From Actinomycetota bacterium (GTDB lineage: Bacteria; Actinomycetota; CADDZG01; JAHWKV01): DNA of 64,000 nt. Position 1 is the stretch's first letter. Each line of letters opens with the position of its first letter. Where the stretch lies: NCBI GenBank assembly GCA_046262935.1, contig JBHELT010000083.1, forward strand, positions 5,360 to 69,359, in the 5' to 3' direction. Positions 9,293 through 19,456 of this stretch are shown in pieces. The notes under the pieces were generated by a model. It was not told the origin of the DNA, searched no databases, and saw only the letters and a list, made by a program, of their open reading frames with translations. The translations under genes were made by a program, and so were the position numbers.

Positions 9293-10034
9293 AGCTCGCA
9301 GCACCAGCGCCGGTCTCACCCGAAGCTATCGTCGCAAGACCGTGGTCCAGTTCATTGTGCCATGCTGCCTGCTCGTCAAGGTCCCATTGCTGGATCGCCG
9401 ACAAACGGTCTCCTCGCATGCACAACTGAGGGAACCTGCAAAGGTCCCCAGCCATTTCCAGAGCAGCGTCGAGTGCAGTGCTGTCTGGCACGACTCGGTT
9501 GACCAAACCGAAGCCGAGGGCTTCTTGGGCCGAAACGCCTCGACCGGTAAGGATCATGTCCATGGCACGGCTGTGACCGATGAGGCGCGGCAGCCTGATC
9601 GTTCCGAGATCTATCAAAGGCACTCCGAACCTACGGCAGAAAACGCCGAGCACGGCACTGTCGGCAGCGATCCTGAGGTCGCACCACAGCGCCAGTTCTA
9701 GTCCCCCGGCAACGGCATAGCCTTCGATAGCGGCGATCGTTGGTTTAGTTGTTCTCATGCGCGTTGGACCCATCGGACCTATCGCCTCGGGACTCAGATC
9801 ACGCTGGTCACCCGAAGACATCGCTTTGAGATCGGCTCCCGCACAGAAGTTGGAACCGGCACCGGTCAAGATGGCAACCCAAAGCGATGGATCCTGCTCG
9901 AACCTTTGGAACGCATCATGAAGAAGCTGTGCAGTTGATGAGTCAACAGCGTTGCGTCGATCTGGCCTTGCGATGGTCACGACCAAGATATTTTCGAAAC
10001 TCTCGGTCTTGATGCGATGGGTGGCGCTACTCAT
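9228..10034 (-). CDS. enoyl-CoA hydratase/isomerase (crotonase) family protein
   Basis: Internal ATG at 10034 (MSSATHRIKT...). Crotonase motifs ILTGAGSNFCAGADLK and GYAVAGGLELALWCD. The ATGA overlap with the upstream ABC permease stop implies co-transcription. Confidence 0.85.
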   Translation of the reverse strand: MSSATHRIKTESFENILVVTIARPDRRNAVDSSTAQLLHDAFQRFEQDPSLWVAILTGAGSNFCAGADLKAMSSGDQRDLSPEAIGPMGPTRMRTTKPTIAAIEGYAVAGGLELALWCDLRIAADSAVLGVFCRRFGVPLIDLGTIRLPRLIGHSRAMDMILTGRGVSAQEALGFGLVNRVVPDSTALDAALEMAGDLCRFPQLCMRGDRLSAIQQWDLDEQAAWHNELDHGLATIASGETGAGAASFSSGTGRHGAAATSGPTPQPS

Positions 10035-10837
10035 CCAACGCGCCGGTAGTTCCTGACAGCCATGGGAACGAACACTACTAGGATGGCGGCGATCCAAGCG
10101 ATGGCCTTCCAAAGACTGTCGGAGGTCGGGCCCCCCAGCGAAAGGGCCCTCATGGCATTCACGACATTGGTGACCGGGTTCACTTTGGCGAATACCTGAA
10201 GCCAATGAGGCATCGACGCGGTTGGCACGAACACGGAACTGGCGAAGGTAAGCGGGAATAACCAGATGAAACTAGCGGTCTGCGCAGCTTCCGCGTCGCC
10301 GATGGCAAGACCTATGGTTGCGGAGATCCACGAAAATGCGAGACCGAACAACACGACCAATGCCACACCAGCCAGCGCGGGAATGAAGCCCGCGCGGAAC
10401 CTGAAGCCGATCATCGATCCGATGGCGATCATGAGGCCGACGACGAACGAGTTGCGGATGGTGTCAGAGATGGTTCGGCCGGCAAGCACGGCAGACCTGG
10501 CCATGGGCAGTGAGCGGAACCTGTCGACCATCCCCTTCCCCAGATCGTCAGCGAGCCCGATCCCTGTGGCGGTCGAGCCGAACACGACGGTTTGAACCAA
10601 GATCCCGGGGATGAGGAATTGGATGTAATTCACGCCAGGCGTGCGGATGGCGCCGCCAAACACATAAGCGAACAACAGGATGAACATGACCGGTTGGATG
10701 GTTGAGAAAACCAGAAGCTCGGGGATGCGTATATAGCGAAGCAGATTGCGCTTGGTCATCGCCATCGCGTCGGACACAACCCAGTAGATGCCGCTACGAC
10801 TTTGCGTTGTTACTTTTGGCCGTGTTGAGATGGTCAA
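10031..10837 (-). CDS. ABC-2 type transporter permease (DrrB-like)
   Basis: 268 aa with six TM segments, resembling daunorubicin-resistance-type permeases. Overlaps the upstream ATPase gene by 4 bp. Confidence 0.8.
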   Translation of the reverse strand: MTISTRPKVTTQSRSGIYWVVSDAMAMTKRNLLRYIRIPELLVFSTIQPVMFILLFAYVFGGAIRTPGVNYIQFLIPGILVQTVVFGSTATGIGLADDLGKGMVDRFRSLPMARSAVLAGRTISDTIRNSFVVGLMIAIGSMIGFRFRAGFIPALAGVALVVLFGLAFSWISATIGLAIGDAEAAQTASFIWLFPLTFASSVFVPTASMPHWLQVFAKVNPVTNVVNAMRALSLGGPTSDSLWKAIAWIAAILVVFVPMAVRNYRRVG

Positions 10838-11844
10838 GAGTCACGTCCTTCTGCGCGCCTGCGCCGTTTCCTTTGTTTTGGACTTAGAGCGACCTCTTCT
10901 GATGAAGCCCGGCCGGTCAATGCGAGAAACACGTCATCGAGGGTTGGCCTTCTTGTAGTGAGCCCGGCGATCTGGATGCTGGAGGAATCCAATCGGCGAA
11001 CAACCTCGGCGACGACCGAAACATCCGAAGACAAGGGCGCGGATAGTTCCATCTCTTCTTCATGAACCGTAACTTCGCTGTTGATCACTTCATGGATGAT
11101 CCGCTTACCTGCTTCAAGGTCGGCGGCCTGACTCAGTCTCACTTCGAGCAATTCACCACCAAACTTCTTCTTCAGTTCCTCGGGAGCGCCTTCGGCGATG
11201 ATCGATCCATGATCGATCACAGCGATGCGCTCTGCTAGATGGTCTGCCTCTTCCAGGTATTGGGTCGTGAGGAGCACAGTTGTTCCCTCTTTCACCAGTT
11301 CGTCGATCACGTCCCACAAACCTAGCCTGCTGCGTGGGTCCAAACCCGATGTTGGTTCGTCGAGGAACAAGATCCTTGGCCTTCCAATCAGGCTCGCGCA
11401 CAGATCCAGACGCCGGCGCATGCCGCCCGAGTACGTCTTCGCAGGGCGATCGGCGGCATCGGTGAGTTCGAACCTCGCTAGCAACTCGTCACCGCGTTGA
11501 TCGATATCTGCTTTCGCGAGGTGGTAAAGACGCCCAACCAGGCTGATGTTCTCGCGACCGGTCAACATCTCATCTACGGCCGCCGCCTGGCCCGCTAGTC
11601 CGATCAAGGTCCGAACTTTCGCCGGATCCTTGGCCACGTCGAAGCCTGCCACTTCGGCATAACCGGCATCCGGGCGAAGAAGTGTGGTCAAAACTTTGAT
11701 CGCCGTCGTCTTGCCTGCACCGTTGGGCCCGAGCAAACCCACTACCGAACCCTCTTCGACCAATAGGTCGATGCCTTTCAAAGCGTGCACATCGCCGAAG
11801 CTTTTAACCAAACCTTCAGCGCGTATCGCGGGCTTGCCATCCAT
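10834..11844 (-). CDS. ABC transporter ATP-binding protein (DrrA-like)
   Basis: Walker A GPNGAGKTT, signature LSGGMRRRL, Walker B ILFLDEPTSGLD. The C-terminal extension is typical of the DrrA family. Confidence 0.9.
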   Translation of the reverse strand: MDGKPAIRAEGLVKSFGDVHALKGIDLLVEEGSVVGLLGPNGAGKTTAIKVLTTLLRPDAGYAEVAGFDVAKDPAKVRTLIGLAGQAAAVDEMLTGRENISLVGRLYHLAKADIDQRGDELLARFELTDAADRPAKTYSGGMRRRLDLCASLIGRPRILFLDEPTSGLDPRSRLGLWDVIDELVKEGTTVLLTTQYLEEADHLAERIAVIDHGSIIAEGAPEELKKKFGGELLEVRLSQAADLEAGKRIIHEVINSEVTVHEEEMELSAPLSSDVSVVAEVVRRLDSSSIQIAGLTTRRPTLDDVFLALTGRASSEEVALSPKQRKRRRRAEGRDS

Positions 11845-11932
11845 GATGCTCGTCCCCCTTTGGAAAGTTCCTCCTTCGGCGTCGAAGCAGGAGATGACAA
11901 GCTACACGACCATAGGTATTACGCGCGGCATC

Positions 11933-12559
11933 TCACTTGGCTTGGCTGGCGAGCTTAGGTTTGTGTTCCAGATTTCTAAGGCCGTTCCAGGCCAGGTTCA
12001 CAAGGTGGGTGGCCACCCTTTTGCGACTGGGCTTGCCCTCTTCGAGCCACCACTGCCCTACCAGCGCGACCATGCCAACTAACGCATGCGAATAGATGGG
12101 GGCTAGGTCGCTATCGAACCCATGCGACTTCAATTCGCTGACAAGTATGTATTCCACCTGGGTCGCGATGTCGCCGATCAAGCTGGCGAAAGTGCCAAGG
12201 GTGCCGGCCACTGGCGAGTCTCGGACGAGGATCCTGAAACCGTCCTGCTCATCGTCGATGTAAGTTAGCAGCGCAATAGCCGCCTGTTCCAACATCATGC
12301 GAGGATCGCTGGCGACGAGCGACTCGGTCATGCGATCGAGCAAACGCTTCATCTCTCGGTCAACAACTACGGCATAAAGGCCTTCCTTGCCCCCGAAGTG
12401 TTCGTAGACAACCGGCTTCGATACCCCAGCGCGCTTGGCAACCTCCTCGATCGAAGTTGCCTCGAACCCTCTCTCGGCGAAGATGGCTCTTCCTACATCG
12501 AGCAATTGCTCCCGCCGTTGCTGCCCAGACATCCGCAATTTTGGCTTTTCCGCGGTCAA
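11933..12559 (-). CDS. TetR/AcrR family transcriptional regulator
   Basis: N-terminal HTH GFEATSIEEVAKRAGVSKPVVYEHFGGKEGLY. Overlaps the upstream desaturase stop by 4 bp (operon). Confidence 0.85.
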   Translation of the reverse strand: MTAEKPKLRMSGQQRREQLLDVGRAIFAERGFEATSIEEVAKRAGVSKPVVYEHFGGKEGLYAVVVDREMKRLLDRMTESLVASDPRMMLEQAAIALLTYIDDEQDGFRILVRDSPVAGTLGTFASLIGDIATQVEYILVSELKSHGFDSDLAPIYSHALVGMVALVGQWWLEEGKPSRKRVATHLVNLAWNGLRNLEHKPKLASQAK

Positions 12560-13530
12560 GGTTCTAACGCTGCTCCGGCCTCGAACTTCTTCGCCTCCAT
12601 CTGCTGGCGCGTTGGGACGTGCACATCGTAGGCGAGACCAACTTTCTCGAGGACCTTGATGAAGACTGCACTGGGGTCGAACTGCCAGGATCGAAGGCCA
12701 TGTACCGCGGATGATGGAAATGCGTGATGGTTATTGTGCCATCCCTCGCCGAACGAAAGCAGCGCCATGATCCAGTTGTTAGTGCTTTCATCTCGCGCAT
12801 CGAATTCTTTGGAGCCATAGAAGTGGCAGATCGAATTGATGCTCCATGTGACGTGATGCAGAAGGAAGATGCGCACCAAACTGCCCCAGATGAATGCAGT
12901 GAAGGCCCCCCAAAGGGTCCCGGTCAGGATGTAGCCCATGAGCGGGGGGAAGGCGAAGGAAGCGACGATGAACGCTGGGGCTTGACGGTCAACCCACCTC
13001 ATTGCTGGGTCCCTTAGCAGATCAGGTGCGAAGCGCTGGACATTGGTGTGCTCTTTGTCGAAGAACCATCCCATGTGGGCATGCCAGAGTCCGCGAAGTA
13101 CGCCGGAGATGCCTTCGGCTTCGGTCAAGTGCGGCGAGTGAGGGTCGCCCGGTTTATCTGTGAACGCGTGATGACGCCTGTGGTCCGCCACCCACTTTAT
13201 GACACCGCCTTGTACCGAATAGGAACCCGCTATAGCAAGCGCTACCTTTACGGCCTTGGGGGCATCAAAACTTCGATGCGTGAGAAGTCTGTGGAAGCCA
13301 ACGGTCACGCCCATTCCCGACACGATGTATGTGAATGCAAAAATCACCACGTCACTCCAAGAGATACCTCGCCCCCAAACGAGCCATACCGCTGCGATGA
13401 CCCCCAGGAATGGCAGGACAGTGACCACCACGGTCAATCGTCGCTCGAGTTTGCGTTTCGAACTGGCGTCGGGGATGACGATGGGAGTGACGGGTCTGGT
13501 TAGCGTCTGCATTTCCAAGAGGGCCTCCAT
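12556..13530 (-). CDS. acyl-CoA (stearoyl-CoA-type delta-9) fatty acid desaturase, membrane-bound
   Basis: Three histidine boxes (HRLLTHRSF, HRRHHAFTDKPGDPHSP, WHNNHHAFP) and four TM helices, a DesA3/SCD-like arrangement. Confidence 0.9.
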   Translation of the reverse strand: MEALLEMQTLTRPVTPIVIPDASSKRKLERRLTVVVTVLPFLGVIAAVWLVWGRGISWSDVVIFAFTYIVSGMGVTVGFHRLLTHRSFDAPKAVKVALAIAGSYSVQGGVIKWVADHRRHHAFTDKPGDPHSPHLTEAEGISGVLRGLWHAHMGWFFDKEHTNVQRFAPDLLRDPAMRWVDRQAPAFIVASFAFPPLMGYILTGTLWGAFTAFIWGSLVRIFLLHHVTWSINSICHFYGSKEFDARDESTNNWIMALLSFGEGWHNNHHAFPSSAVHGLRSWQFDPSAVFIKVLEKVGLAYDVHVPTRQQMEAKKFEAGAALEP

Positions 13531-13533
13531 TCA

Positions 13534-13568
13534 AACTTACGGTAACGTAGGTTACGTTACCGTAAGTT
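13534..13568. promoter_or_regulatory. perfect 16-bp-arm inverted repeat AACTTACGGTAACGTA-ggt-TACGTTACCGTAAGTT immediately upstream of the desaturase-tetR operon
   Basis: Read from the sequence. Arms 13534-13549 and 13553-13568 are exact reverse complements. No flanking U-tract. Sits 4 nt from the desaturase start, so it is a candidate TetR operator. Confidence 0.55.
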
Positions 13569-13586
13569 ACTTTCGGCGTCAACCCC

Positions 13587-14735
13587 CTAGACGATCCCGT
13601 CGAGCCTTAATACTTCGATGGCGTCATCTCCGTAACCCAGCTCGCCAAGCACCTCATCGGTGTGCTGCCCGAGACCGGGGACCGCTCGCAGTTTGTCTGG
13701 CGACGACAAAGGGAACCGAACCATAGGGATCTCACCCACGGGCGAGCTTCCCTTTACGAACATCCGCCGGTGTTTCAATTGGGGATGCTCGACCACTTCA
13801 GACATCGAACGCACACTCCCGAAAGGCAAGCCTGCTTGCGCCAATCTCGATGACCAATGATCACTTGGTTTCGATGAGATGGCATCGGCGACGAGCAGAT
13901 TCAACTCCTGCATGTTGTCGCGCCGCGATGTCATCGAATCGAACCTCGGATCATCGCGCCAGAGCGGCTGCTCGACGACTTCGCAGAACAACTTCCAGTG
14001 CGGCTCGCTTGCGACCGCGACATTCACGAATCGACCATCTTGTGCCAAGAAGGGGCCGTAGGGGCAGATGAACTGATGACGCATGCCTCCTCGCGCCGGT
14101 TCCTCGTGACGGTGCCACCACTGATGCGGAAAATACCCGAGCCAGAACGCTGCCGAATCGAGAAGGGCCAGGTCGATGAACGATCCGAGTCCGTCATAAC
14201 CACGCTCGATCAAGGCCCCCATGACCGCCATCACGGCATGTGAACCCGCGATCAGATCGGTGACTGGCATACCAACCTTCGCGGGGGCATCGGGATATCC
14301 ATTGGTCAGCAAGATCCCCGACTCGCCTTGAACCAGAAGGTCATATGCCTTCACATCTTTGAATGGTCCATCTTGGCCGTATCCGGAAAGACTGCAGTAA
14401 ACCAGACGTGGATTCACGCCACGCAGGTCCTCGGGACCTATGCCGAGCTTGGCGACGGTGCCTGGCGTGAAGTTCTCGATGAAGACGTCTGCCGTCGCAG
14501 CCAGCTCGCGGATGATCATTCGGCCCTGCGGCTTGCTTGCGTCGATCGTGATGTCGCGCTTTCCCATGTTGAAGGCTACGAAACCGCTCGAAAGGCCTTC
14601 GACGTAGTCGTCCCAACCTCGAACTACATCGCCAGAGCCCGGTCTTTCGATCTTGATGACGTCGGCGCCCAGTTCGGCCATGATGCACGACGCGAAGGGC
14701 AGGGCGACGGCTTGCTCGAAAGCAACAACCCTCAC
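13587..14735 (-). CDS. CoA-transferase family III (CaiB/BaiF) protein
   Basis: 382 aa. Start MRVVAFEQAVALPFASCIMAELGADVIKIERPGSGD is characteristic of family III CoA transferases. Confidence 0.85.
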   Translation of the reverse strand: MRVVAFEQAVALPFASCIMAELGADVIKIERPGSGDVVRGWDDYVEGLSSGFVAFNMGKRDITIDASKPQGRMIIRELAATADVFIENFTPGTVAKLGIGPEDLRGVNPRLVYCSLSGYGQDGPFKDVKAYDLLVQGESGILLTNGYPDAPAKVGMPVTDLIAGSHAVMAVMGALIERGYDGLGSFIDLALLDSAAFWLGYFPHQWWHRHEEPARGGMRHQFICPYGPFLAQDGRFVNVAVASEPHWKLFCEVVEQPLWRDDPRFDSMTSRRDNMQELNLLVADAISSKPSDHWSSRLAQAGLPFGSVRSMSEVVEHPQLKHRRMFVKGSSPVGEIPMVRFPLSSPDKLRAVPGLGQHTDEVLGELGYGDDAIEVLRLDGIV

Positions 14736-14814
14736 GCCACGTAAAGGGCCCTCGCCCGACTTTTCATCTAGCGACGATGCGATCGATCCCCTCCCGCCCG
14801 GCTACGGCCCACAA

Positions 14815-15678
14815 CTAGTCGGTCGCGACGGGCGTTTCGACTGGTGCATCGAGGGTTATCGTCGACTCTTGTCTCTTGTTCAACTCAGCCTGACTCTTGA
14901 GGAACTTCGCAACGCCCGTGCGGTGGATGAGGCCTCCACTCACCGATGGGCTTAGTGCGTGGATGACAGGGCCCAACTTCCCCAGAGCAGAATTGACCTT
15001 CACCTCAGCCGAGTTGTTTATGACAGCCCCGACGGTAGCTTTAGCAACAGCGTCGACGGAGACGGCCCCCGCCGCCGATGGAGCAGGGCGGCCCCAACGT
15101 TCGAACATGCCACCCTCGACGAAACCCGGGCAAACGACAGACACACCCACACCGTGCTCGGCCAATTCCAAACGAAGCGATCGACTGAACCCTACGACGG
15201 CATGCTTCGAAGCTGAGTAAACACTGTTGTGAGGGACCGGAAGAAGGCCAGCCATCGACGAGATGTTCACGATGTGCCCCGACCTACGGTCGATCATCGC
15301 TGGTGATACCAGTCGCGTGAGGGCGATCAAGCCTGTTACGTTGACCTGGATGATCTGCTCGATCAGATCTAGGTTCATCTCCTCGAAGTCATAAACCTGT
15401 TCGACGCCCGCGTTGTTGACGAGGACGTCGATGCCACCAAGGTTTAGGGTCGCCTGCGCCACCAAAGCTTCCAACGATGAACGATCCCCTACGTCGGTAG
15501 GTATGGCCGTTGTGCTTATCCCCTCCGCTTGAAGCGCAGAGGCAACTTGCTCGAGTTCGCCCTTCGACCGGGCTGCGATCGCCAAACGCGCTCCCTGCTT
15601 GCCGAACTGCCTTGCCATCTCGACCCCGAGACCGCGAGAGGCCCCCGTGATCAGTACGCCCTTGCCTTTCAATTCCAT
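14815..15678 (-). CDS. SDR family oxidoreductase (short-chain dehydrogenase)
   Basis: TGASRGLG Rossmann motif, NNAG, and a YxxxK active site (YSASKHAV). Confidence 0.9.
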   Translation of the reverse strand: MELKGKGVLITGASRGLGVEMARQFGKQGARLAIAARSKGELEQVASALQAEGISTTAIPTDVGDRSSLEALVAQATLNLGGIDVLVNNAGVEQVYDFEEMNLDLIEQIIQVNVTGLIALTRLVSPAMIDRRSGHIVNISSMAGLLPVPHNSVYSASKHAVVGFSRSLRLELAEHGVGVSVVCPGFVEGGMFERWGRPAPSAAGAVSVDAVAKATVGAVINNSAEVKVNSALGKLGPVIHALSPSVSGGLIHRTGVAKFLKSQAELNKRQESTITLDAPVETPVATD

Positions 15679-15778
15679 CGATTACCACCTTCCGGATGTT
15701 GGGATGGGCCAGCGGGAACCGTTCGAGGCCGCATGGTCCTTCAAGGAAACTCTGGTCATCAAGGGTAACAAAAAGGAG

Positions 15779-18058
15779 TCAGACGAGGCTCTTGTCTGGT
15801 TCGGGCGATAGATGAGATTCAAACGTTATCGAAGGCAGCAGCCGGTCAAGCCATTTGGGCATCCACCAGTTGAGGTCTCCCAGCAATCGCATCGTCGCTG
15901 GCACCAGCACGATCCTTATGATGGTTGCATCGAGGAACACCGCCGCGGCCAGCCCAAAACCCATGGCCTTGATGGGGATGAGCCTTGCAAGAGCGAATGC
16001 GCCGAACACCGTAACCATCACCGCCGCAGCACTAGTGATTATGCGGGCAGTGTGTTCCAGTCCCCAACCAACGGCTTCTGTGTTGTCTTTGGTCTTTAGG
16101 TACTCCTCCCGGATCCTTGCCAGAAGGAACACCTCGTAGTCCATCGACAAGCCGAACAAGATACAGAACAAGAACAACGGCAAGAACGATTCGACGATCC
16201 CTTCTGACTTGAATCCGAGAAGGGTTTGTCCATGCCCCTGTTGGAAGACGAAAACAACAAGACCATAAGCGGCCAGCACCGACGCTAGGTTCATCAAGAT
16301 CGCTTTCAATGGAAGAAGGATGCTTCTGAGGAACAGCATGAGAACGATGAACGAAAGCACCAACACCAAACCTACAACCGAAGGCAGGGCCCCGGTTACC
16401 TCCTCGTTGATGTCGTGGTTCAGGGCCGGGTCCCCACCAACGGCGATCTTCAGCGAAGGAAAGTTTCTCGCGATGGTTCCGCGGAGCCGGTTGATCAACG
16501 ATTGCACCTCGGCCGAATTTGGTTGATGTTTACTCACCAGGGTGAGGGTGGTCGACCTACTGTCTTTGGCGATCATCGAAAAAGCGAATGGAGAAAGGCG
16601 CGGATCTCGAAGCGCCTGCTGGGCTTCTTGCTCCGAGACTCCAGGAACCAAAGTGGCGATCGACGTTACGCTTGCAACTTCCTTGTCCGAGGCAAGTCTG
16701 TCGCTCAATGCGAAGATGTCCTTGAAGGCCGGCCCGGTTACCAGTTGGTCCGCCTTTACGACAAGAACGATAGGCCCGATCTGACCGGAGCCGAAGGCGC
16801 TAGCAGTTAGTTCAAGTGCCCGGCGCGGCCCCGACGATGCCGGCAATATCGAAGGGCCAGATGATCCAAGTCGAAGCGACCTAACGGGTGAGGCGAGCAA
16901 CGCGATAATCGTGATCGAGATGATCAAGGGTGCGACGGGACGTCGCATGATGAAGTGCGCCCAGCGCCGCCACATGCCGCCGGTTTCGCCCCCCGCCGTT
17001 CTGCGACTGAAACTGAGCGCGTTCACGCCTTTGCCCAATACCGCGAGCAATGCAGGAAGCAGGGTCAGAGCTGCGGCCCCGGCGAAGAACACGGCGATCA
17101 TCGATCCGGCTCCCATCGAGCGGAAAGCTGGCAGCTTCACGAGCAAGGTTCCTGAAAGGGCGACGACAACGGTAAGAGCCGATACGAAGACTGCCTTTCC
17201 GCTAGTGGCGATGGCCTCTGCGATCGCATCGTTGCGATCTCGGCCAGCACGGGACTCTTCCCGATAACGAGTCAAGATGAACAATGAATAATCGATACCA
17301 ACACCGATGCCGATCATCGAAGCGATGTTTTGGGTGAAAAGGCTCACAGTCGTAGCCGATGCAAGCAGTGATATGAGTCCGAACGAAACGAAGAGGCTGA
17401 TGAGCGCGAGCACCAGTGGCACGCCGGCTGCCACCACCGACGCGAATGCGATCACCAAGATGACCAAGGTGATGGGAAACGCAACCTTCTCGGCGCGCTC
17501 CAGGTCATGGGTAGTCGTCTTAGAGAACTCGGAGTAGAACGGCCCTCCCCCAGTCAATAGCACCTCGACGCCCGACCCCCTCGAAGCATCGTCGACGGCT
17601 CTTTGTAGAGCATCGGTGTGCTTCAGTACTTCGTCCTGAGACTCGGACAGGCTTGCAGTCGCGATGGCGGTGTGACCATCCTTTGATACCGATCTTTGCG
17701 GAGTTGCGAATGGATCTGTGACCGATGCAACACCACGTCCCTTTCGCAGCGCCTGGATCGAAGCCGCCACGACCTGTTTGAAACGCGCCTCGGAGGCGTC
17801 GAGGGTTTGCGAATGGAAAACCACGAGGTCGTTGAACTGATGTTGGGCAGTGAAGTCCTTCGCCAGCGACTGCTTGACCTGGTCGGATTGTGAACCCGCC
17901 ACTTCGAAGCCCCCTTGCGATAAGCGGTCTTGAAGTTTTGCGGCTTGCGGACCAACGGCCCCGATCGCAATGATCCAGATCGCAAGCACGATCCAGCGCT
18001 TGCTAGCACACCAACTTCCCAGCCGATAAAAGAAACTGCGATCGCCCGATGTGTTCAT
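15779..18058 (-). CDS. MMPL family (RND superfamily) transporter
   Basis: 759 aa with 12 TM helices in two 6-TM blocks and two extracytoplasmic loops. N-terminus FFYRLGSWCASKRWIVLAIW is typical of MmpL proteins. Confidence 0.9.
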   Translation of the reverse strand: MNTSGDRSFFYRLGSWCASKRWIVLAIWIIAIGAVGPQAAKLQDRLSQGGFEVAGSQSDQVKQSLAKDFTAQHQFNDLVVFHSQTLDASEARFKQVVAASIQALRKGRGVASVTDPFATPQRSVSKDGHTAIATASLSESQDEVLKHTDALQRAVDDASRGSGVEVLLTGGGPFYSEFSKTTTHDLERAEKVAFPITLVILVIAFASVVAAGVPLVLALISLFVSFGLISLLASATTVSLFTQNIASMIGIGVGIDYSLFILTRYREESRAGRDRNDAIAEAIATSGKAVFVSALTVVVALSGTLLVKLPAFRSMGAGSMIAVFFAGAAALTLLPALLAVLGKGVNALSFSRRTAGGETGGMWRRWAHFIMRRPVAPLIISITIIALLASPVRSLRLGSSGPSILPASSGPRRALELTASAFGSGQIGPIVLVVKADQLVTGPAFKDIFALSDRLASDKEVASVTSIATLVPGVSEQEAQQALRDPRLSPFAFSMIAKDSRSTTLTLVSKHQPNSAEVQSLINRLRGTIARNFPSLKIAVGGDPALNHDINEEVTGALPSVVGLVLVLSFIVLMLFLRSILLPLKAILMNLASVLAAYGLVVFVFQQGHGQTLLGFKSEGIVESFLPLFLFCILFGLSMDYEVFLLARIREEYLKTKDNTEAVGWGLEHTARIITSAAAVMVTVFGAFALARLIPIKAMGFGLAAAVFLDATIIRIVLVPATMRLLGDLNWWMPKWLDRLLPSITFESHLSPEPDKSLV

Positions 18059-18250
18059 CGCGTCTTAGCCTTCACTGGATCCCCCTTACGTGCGAATATC
18101 AACCCACAAGAGCATATGCGTGTTACCCTTGCTGTACAGGCAACGAGGTTGCCTCGTGGGTTTTCTCCCTTGTTTGCTCCTATCGGCGTTCTCGGGTGAT
18201 CAACCCTCTTGAGAAACAGCCCCCGCCCAAAGAGGCGGAAGGAGGAACAT

Positions 18251-19443
18251 TGAGTACCAGGAGTTTCGCGGAACTAGGCGCGTCCAAACGCACGGTCGAG
18301 GCACTAGAGGCCCGCGACATGAAGCATGCATTCGATATCCAAGCACTCGTCATCCCAGACGCGATGCAGGGCCGCGACGTGCTTGCCAAGAGCAGAACTG
18401 GGTCCGGAAAGACCCTGGCCTTCGCAGTGCCAATCGTGGAATTGATCAAGCCAGCCGACCCTAGACCGAGCGCATTGGTGTTGGTCCCAACACGAGAGCT
18501 GGCAACCCAGGTGACGCAGGAATTTCAGCACATAGCGAAAGCTAACGGCCTGAAAGTAGCAGTTGCCTACGGGGGCGTTGGGCTTCAAGACCAGGCTCGA
18601 TTGGCATCGAAGAGTCACATCTTGATCGCCACTCCCGGAAGACTCGAAGACTTAGCCGACCGCAAGATGATCAACCTCGACCGCGTCAGGATCCTCATCC
18701 TTGACGAAGCGGATCGCATGCTCGACATGGGCTTCCAACCACAAGTCGACCGAATCGTTCGCAGGATCAAAGGCCCCCGACAAACCATGTTCTTCTCGGC
18801 CACCCTCGACGGTCGCGTTGGTCAACTCGCCACTTCTTACACGAAGGACGCAGTTCTACGCGAAGTCGACTCGCCCAAGTTGACGGTCGAAGAGGTGGAG
18901 CATGTTTTCACGGCGGTAACCGCAGGAGACAAGATCGGCGCTTTGGTCGATGTCCTCAGGAAAGATCGCGAGCACGCCCTGGTTTTCGTGAGAACAAAAA
19001 GAGGCGCCGACCGGTTGGTTCTTAAACTCAAGACCCATGGTGTTCCAGCAGTCGCTATGCATGGAGACATGTCTCAAGCCGCCCGCGAACGTTCCTGGTC
19101 CAAGTTCCAGTCGGGCAGAGCCAATGTCTTGGTTGCGACCGATGTTGCAGCACGAGGGCTCGACCTCGATCGCATAAGTCATGTGATCAATTTCGACCCT
19201 CCGGAAGACGAGAAGGCCTATGTCCACCGCGTCGGAAGAACTGCGAGAGCAGGGCGAAGTGGCTCGGGAATCACGCTTGTTACACCCGAACAGAACGGCG
19301 ACGTTGGGCGGATCGCGGCAAGGCTCGACCTCAATGAGCAGTTCGAAAAGGATGGACTCAAGGTCCCAGCCCCGGCGATCGCATTCACTAGTGGACGCGG
19401 ACGCAAGTCGATGATGGGCAGGCGCCCGAGGAGAAGGTTCTAG
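18251..19443 (+). CDS. DEAD-box ATP-dependent RNA helicase
   Basis: TTG start at 18251 preceded by GGAGGA. Motifs: Q-motif, AKSRTGSGKT, DEAD, SAT, HRVGRTARAG. The upstream 190 nt (18059-18250) form a long structured 5' leader. Confidence 0.9.
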
Positions 19444-19456
19444 TTCTCCAAAAGGG

